DNA of 32,000 nucleotides from Candidatus Arthromitus sp. SFB-mouse-Japan (GTDB lineage Bacteria; Bacillota; Clostridia; Clostridiales; Clostridiaceae): NCBI RefSeq assembly GCF_000270205.1, contig NC_015913.1, positions 1,440,001 to 1,472,000 of the forward strand, read 5' to 3'. Shown piece by piece: positions 28,613 to 32,000 of this stretch (position 1 is its first letter; each line of letters starts with the position of its first letter). The notes under the pieces were generated by a model. It saw only the letters and a program-made list of their open reading frames with translations, ran no database searches and was not told where the DNA came from. The position numbers and the translations under genes were made by a program.

Positions 28613-29241
28613 TTATAACCATTTATAATATAAAATTCTCTTCTATTACTCTCACCTAAAACTTTAGCCCACTTACTCTCAAAAGGAATATCATCCTTTA
28701 ATATTAAATTAATCTCTTCTATTTCTATATTATATTTATAATATAACGGTCTAAAAATATTTCTAAAATACTCATCATTAAATAAAGGCAAATTCCTCTT
28801 TTCTATCTCCATCTTTTCAAATTTATCATTATAGGAAAAACATATTTTAATCATTCCACCATCTATCAATAATTTAGATATATTATGTACAATACCTAGT
28901 TCTTCCTTAAATAAACCTTCAAGTAAACTACCCCAAGGTAAATTTATATAAACTTCTGAAAACATATTATATAATAAGTTATCTATATTCTGAACATTCA
29001 TAATAATATAAATTAAATTACTTACCTTATTTTTATATTGCTTAATTGCATACTTTTTCATAGAATTTCCACAAGAATCTAACCCAATATAAAAATTATT
29101 TTTATTATCCAATGCACTAAAATATACAAATGCTCCCTGTCCTGTACCCAAATCAATTATCAACTTATCATACGACTTTATCTTATCTAAAAAATCTTCA
29201 TTACCTAACTCAATTTCCTTACTACTCCTAAGTATCCTCAT
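28597..29241 (-). CDS. Class I SAM-dependent methyltransferase resembling NpmA/KamB-type 16S rRNA (adenine1408-N1) methyltransferases
   Basis: 214 aa. By-eye collinearity with my recollection of NpmA (about 219 aa): IIDLGTGQG vs HIDLGTGDG; NFYIGLDS vs TFYIGIDP; INLPWGSLLE vs ILFPWGTLLE; EIEKRNLPLF vs EIKKRGLPLL; SKWAKVLG..REFYIINGY vs SLWAKRLAFG..SFFRVSGH. Confidence 0.7.
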   Translation of the reverse strand: MRILRSSKEIELGNEDFLDKIKSYDKLIIDLGTGQGAFVYFSALDNKNNFYIGLDSCGNSMKKYAIKQYKNKVSNLIYIIMNVQNIDNLLYNMFSEVYINLPWGSLLEGLFKEELGIVHNISKLLIDGGMIKICFSYNDKFEKMEIEKRNLPLFNDEYFRNIFRPLYYKYNIEIEEINLILKDDIPFESKWAKVLGESNRREFYIINGYKKRVQ

Positions 29242-29259
29242 AATTCACCTCAATAAATA

Positions 29260-29289
29260 AGGATAATTTAACCAAAATTAAATTATCCT
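29260..29289 (-). terminator. Terminator-like hairpin between abgT and the methyltransferase
   Basis: AGGATAATTTAA pairs with TTAAATTATCCT (perfect 12 bp, 6-nt loop), followed on the minus strand by UAUUUAUU. It ends only about 10 nt before the methyltransferase GAGGTGA RBS. Confidence 0.5.
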
Positions 29290-29301
29290 AAAATCTAGAA
29301 A

Positions 29302-30900
29302 TTATTTTAAAAATATAAACGCTTCTGGTCCCAAAGGTAATTTTAAAACCATCCATAATACTAATAATATGATCCAACTTACTAATAAAGCTATCGAATA
29401 TGGCAACATTAATGATATTAATGTACCTATTCCACTTTTTTTATCATATTTCTTAACAAGCATTGCAATTATTGGGAAATATGGAAGCAGTGGAGTTATT
29501 ATATTTGTAGTTGAATCACCTATTCTGTATGCCATCTGAGTAAACTCTGGACTATAACCTAGCCTCATAAATAATGGAACAAACACAGGAGCTATTATGG
29601 CCCACTTAGCTGATGCACTTCCTATAAATAAATTTATAAAACCAGTTATAATTATAAATCCTATTATGAGCGGTATTCCTACAAACCCTATATTCTCTAG
29701 AATTTCAGCTCCATCTACTGCAATTATTGTAGCAATCTTACTTTTCTCAAATAAATTTATAAACTGTGCTGCAAAGAATGACAATACCAAATATGACCCC
29801 ATAGATGACATAGATTTTGACATAGCATTGATGATATCACTATCTTTCTTAATTTTCCCTGATCCAATCCCAAAAAACACTCCAGGAATTAAAAATAACA
29901 GCGCAAGTATAACAACAATACCACTAATAAATGGTGATTTATTAATTATTGAACCTGTCTCTGGATTCCTAAGCATCCCACCAGGCAAAAGTCCTATTCC
30001 AATTATGATACAAAATACCAATAAAGAAATTCCTGCATATAAAAGACCTTTTTTTTCACTTTTAGTAAACTTAAATGAATTCTCATCTTGAACTTCAACT
30101 TGCTCAACTAAATTATCAGGATTTTGATTTTTTTCAAGTCTTGGAATTATTACATATTCGGTTATAAGTGTTCCAACTATAGTTATTAAAAAAGTAGAAA
30201 CTACCATAAAATAATAATTACTTGTTGGATTTACCATATATGATGGATCTATTATATTTGCTGCTGATTGACTAAGTCCACTTAATAATGGATCTATAGT
30301 TCCTATAAGAAGATTTGCTGAAAATCCCCCAGAAACACCAGCAAAAGCAGCAGCAATACCGGCTATAGGATTTCTACCAAAACTCTTAAATATTATAGCA
30401 CCTAGTGGAACTAACACAACATATCCGGCATCAGAAGCTACATTAGACAAAACTCCTAAAAACACAACAACAATTGTTATCAATCTTTTTGGAGTGCTTA
30501 ATATAAGTTTCTTTATTAAAGCATCTATTAAACCAGTTCCTTCAGCCACTCCAACTCCGAGCATAGAAACCAACACGACACCTAAGGGCGCAAAACTTGT
30601 AAAATTAGTAACTATACTGGTCAGAAAATTAGACATAGCTTCTTTTGTAAGTAAATTTGTTACCTGAACTTTAACTGCCTCAGATACACCATCTTTTAAT
30701 GTTTCATACTCAGCTACAATGTTCATATTACTTAAAATATAAGAAGCAATAACAGTTATTATACTTAATAAAACAAACAATGTTACTGGATCTGGTAACT
30801 TATTACCTACAACCTCAATAAAATTAAGACTTTTATTAAGTATCCCAACTTTTTTATTATCTAATGAATGTTTCTCTTTTCTACTTCTTTTTTGAGTCAA
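29302..30900 (-). CDS. abgT: AbgT-family transporter (p-aminobenzoyl-glutamate / antimetabolite transporter family)
   Basis: 532 aa polytopic membrane protein with a typical AbgT layout. N-terminal LNFIEVVGNKLPDPVTLF, plus GVAEGTGLI and GDSTTNIITPL motifs. TTG start at 30900 with AAAGGAAG RBS. Confidence 0.88.
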   Translation of the reverse strand: MTQKRSRKEKHSLDNKKVGILNKSLNFIEVVGNKLPDPVTLFVLLSIITVIASYILSNMNIVAEYETLKDGVSEAVKVQVTNLLTKEAMSNFLTSIVTNFTSFAPLGVVLVSMLGVGVAEGTGLIDALIKKLILSTPKRLITIVVVFLGVLSNVASDAGYVVLVPLGAIIFKSFGRNPIAGIAAAFAGVSGGFSANLLIGTIDPLLSGLSQSAANIIDPSYMVNPTSNYYFMVVSTFLITIVGTLITEYVIIPRLEKNQNPDNLVEQVEVQDENSFKFTKSEKKGLLYAGISLLVFCIIIGIGLLPGGMLRNPETGSIINKSPFISGIVVILALLFLIPGVFFGIGSGKIKKDSDIINAMSKSMSSMGSYLVLSFFAAQFINLFEKSKIATIIAVDGAEILENIGFVGIPLIIGFIIITGFINLFIGSASAKWAIIAPVFVPLFMRLGYSPEFTQMAYRIGDSTTNIITPLLPYFPIIAMLVKKYDKKSGIGTLISLMLPYSIALLVSWIILLVLWMVLKLPLGPEAFIFLK

Positions 30901-30946
30901 ATTATTTATCTTCCTTTCATTTATAAATATTTTAAATTATAATACT

Positions 30947-31010
30947 AATATCTCAATATTATTTTAGTATTTGAACAATTATTATACAATATTATTATAA
31001 ATATCTCAAT
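30947..31010. repeat. Direct 11-nt repeat AATATCTCAAT (two copies, 53 nt apart)
   Basis: Copies at 30947-30957 and 31000-31010. On the minus strand each carries TTGAGA, a possible -35 of tandem abgT promoters. Confidence 0.5.
30981..31009 (-). promoter_or_regulatory. Putative sigma-A promoter for abgT
   Basis: Minus strand: TTGAGA (31009-31004), a 17-nt spacer ending in TG, then TATAAT (30986-30981). Confidence 0.45.
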
Positions 31011-31058
31011 GAAAAAAACATTTTTTTGTTAAATTATATAATTAAAGGAGATTCTTAA

Positions 31059-31886
31059 ATGTCAAATATAAAACTTTGCGTATTTGATTTAGATGGTACA
31101 CTTTTAAATTCTAACAAGGAAATTACAAAGGAAACACTACAAGCTTTGCAAAAACTAAAAAATAAAAATATACAATACACAATAGCAACTGGAAGAATAG
31201 ACATCCTCGCTAGAAAGTATCAAAAACAAATAAAATCCAACTTACCTATAATATCTTGTAATGGATCTCTCATACGTGATTTATCTAATAATATACTTTA
31301 TAAAAAATCTTTAGATTTCAATATTGTTAAAAATTTAGTAGACTTCTATAATTTAAATAATCTAAACTTTATGTTATATACTGAAACTGCTATATTAAGT
31401 ACGCCCAATAATCCAAGATTAAAATTACTAGAAAAACTAAATCTATCATCGGATCTAAAAGATAAATTTGAAGTTGAAATAATACATAAAGATATACAAA
31501 ACTATTCTAATCTATCATTTTTAAAATCACTAACACACATAGATAATAGAGAAAAACTTTTAAATATAGAATCTCAATTAAATAAAAAATTTAAAAATTT
31601 ATCTATTGTATCATCAGATGAAAAATTACTCGATATAATGCCTCCAGGTGTAAATAAAGGAACTGCACTCCATAATTTATGTAAAATATTAGACATCGAT
31701 AAAAATGAAATTATTGTATTTGGTGATAACTTTAACGATATAGAAATGATTAATTTTGCACATATATCTGTTGTCCCTTCAAACAGTGAACAACATATAA
31801 AAAATATGGCAACATATGTAACAAAAAGTAACGACGATAATGGTATTGCCTTTGCAATAAATGAATTCATACTAAAGAGTGTGTAG
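31059..31886 (+). CDS. Cof-type HAD-IIB family hydrolase (sugar-phosphatase-like)
   Basis: 275 aa. HAD motif I CVFDLDGTLL, motif II TIATGR, and motif IV GDNFNDIEM. AAAGGAG RBS. Confidence 0.9.
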   Translation: MSNIKLCVFDLDGTLLNSNKEITKETLQALQKLKNKNIQYTIATGRIDILARKYQKQIKSNLPIISCNGSLIRDLSNNILYKKSLDFNIVKNLVDFYNLNNLNFMLYTETAILSTPNNPRLKLLEKLNLSSDLKDKFEVEIIHKDIQNYSNLSFLKSLTHIDNREKLLNIESQLNKKFKNLSIVSSDEKLLDIMPPGVNKGTALHNLCKILDIDKNEIIVFGDNFNDIEMINFAHISVVPSNSEQHIKNMATYVTKSNDDNGIAFAINEFILKSV

Positions 31887-31908
31887 TATAAAAATACTAC
31901 ACACTCTT
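31875..31908. terminator. Bidirectional terminator between convergent genes
   Basis: AAGAGTGTGTAGTA pairs with TACTACACACTCTT (14 bp). The HAD stop codon (31884-31886) lies in the left arm and the minus-strand ORF stop (31899-31897) in the right arm. Confidence 0.7.
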
Positions 31909-32000
31909 TAATTTAAGATTAATAGCCCCTACAATATCATCAACAATATTTTTAATCATATCCATATCTTCACCTTCAGCCATGATCCTAATTAAATTCT
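31897..32000 (-). CDS. C-terminal end of an unidentified protein (5' part lies outside the window)
   Basis: Minus-strand frame open from base 31998 (the first complete codon inside the window) to TAG at 31899-31897: ...NLIRIMAEGEDMDMIKNIVDDIVGAINLKLKSV. Support is only the open frame, its convergent position and the shared terminator. No family was recognised. Confidence 0.3.
   Translation of the reverse strand, partial: NLIRIMAEGEDMDMIKNIVDDIVGAINLKLKSV

Noticed and set aside
29597-30091. 164-aa plus-strand ORF antisense to abgT
   Set aside because: It lies entirely inside the AbgT coding region. It is a hydrophobic mirror-frame artefact typical of antisense membrane-protein genes and has no SD.
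1-32000. CRISPR arrays, tRNA/rRNA genes, IS elements, integrases, prophage or integrative-element boundaries
   Set aside because: I saw no regularly spaced repeats, no GC-rich islands of 75-90 nt typical of tRNAs in an AT-rich background, no transposase- or recombinase-like ORFs, and no long terminal inverted or direct repeats. Composition appears uniform across the window.

Overview
Very AT-rich (by eye roughly three-quarters A+T), densely coding chromosomal segment. It looks like a low-GC, spore-forming Firmicute (Clostridia-like), but the species cannot be identified from sequence alone. I see no rRNA or tRNA genes, CRISPR arrays, transposases, integrases or phage genes. Gene order: NdpA-like nucleoid protein (edge-truncated, missing from the ORF track) and a LacI-family regulator (-); leuS (+); a frameshifted HesB-like Fe-S gene (+); SWIM+SNF2 helicase (+); a micro membrane ORF, trpS and a zinc-ribbon mini-protein (-); GAF-GGDEF cyclase, metallophosphoesterase, RelP/RelQ-type small alarmone synthetase and prfC (+); a small ORF, dpaA and an acidic micro-ORF (+); tyrS (-); an 8.25-kb gene for a 2749-aa cyclic beta-1,2-glucan-synthase-like protein (-); adhE (+); an NpmA/KamB-like methyltransferase and an AbgT transporter (-); a Cof-type HAD hydrolase (+); and an edge-truncated convergent ORF (-). 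Most of this is housekeeping. Worth a second look: (1) the chromosomal NpmA/KamB-like 16S rRNA m1A1408 methyltransferase homologue directly downstream of abgT; (2) the monocistronic giant glucan-synthase-like gene with no adjacent exporter; (3) a perfect 17+17 bp palindrome holding two Rex-like boxes over the predicted adhE transcription start; (4) the HesB-like gene split by a frame break next to G6 and A8 homopolymers; (5) dpaA without an adjacent dpaB; (6) a run of three nucleotide-messenger-related genes; (7) three aaRS genes with leaders too short for T-boxes. I found no convincing multi-gene novel system such as a defence island. All family assignments come from motif recognition by eye and from memory; no database search was run.
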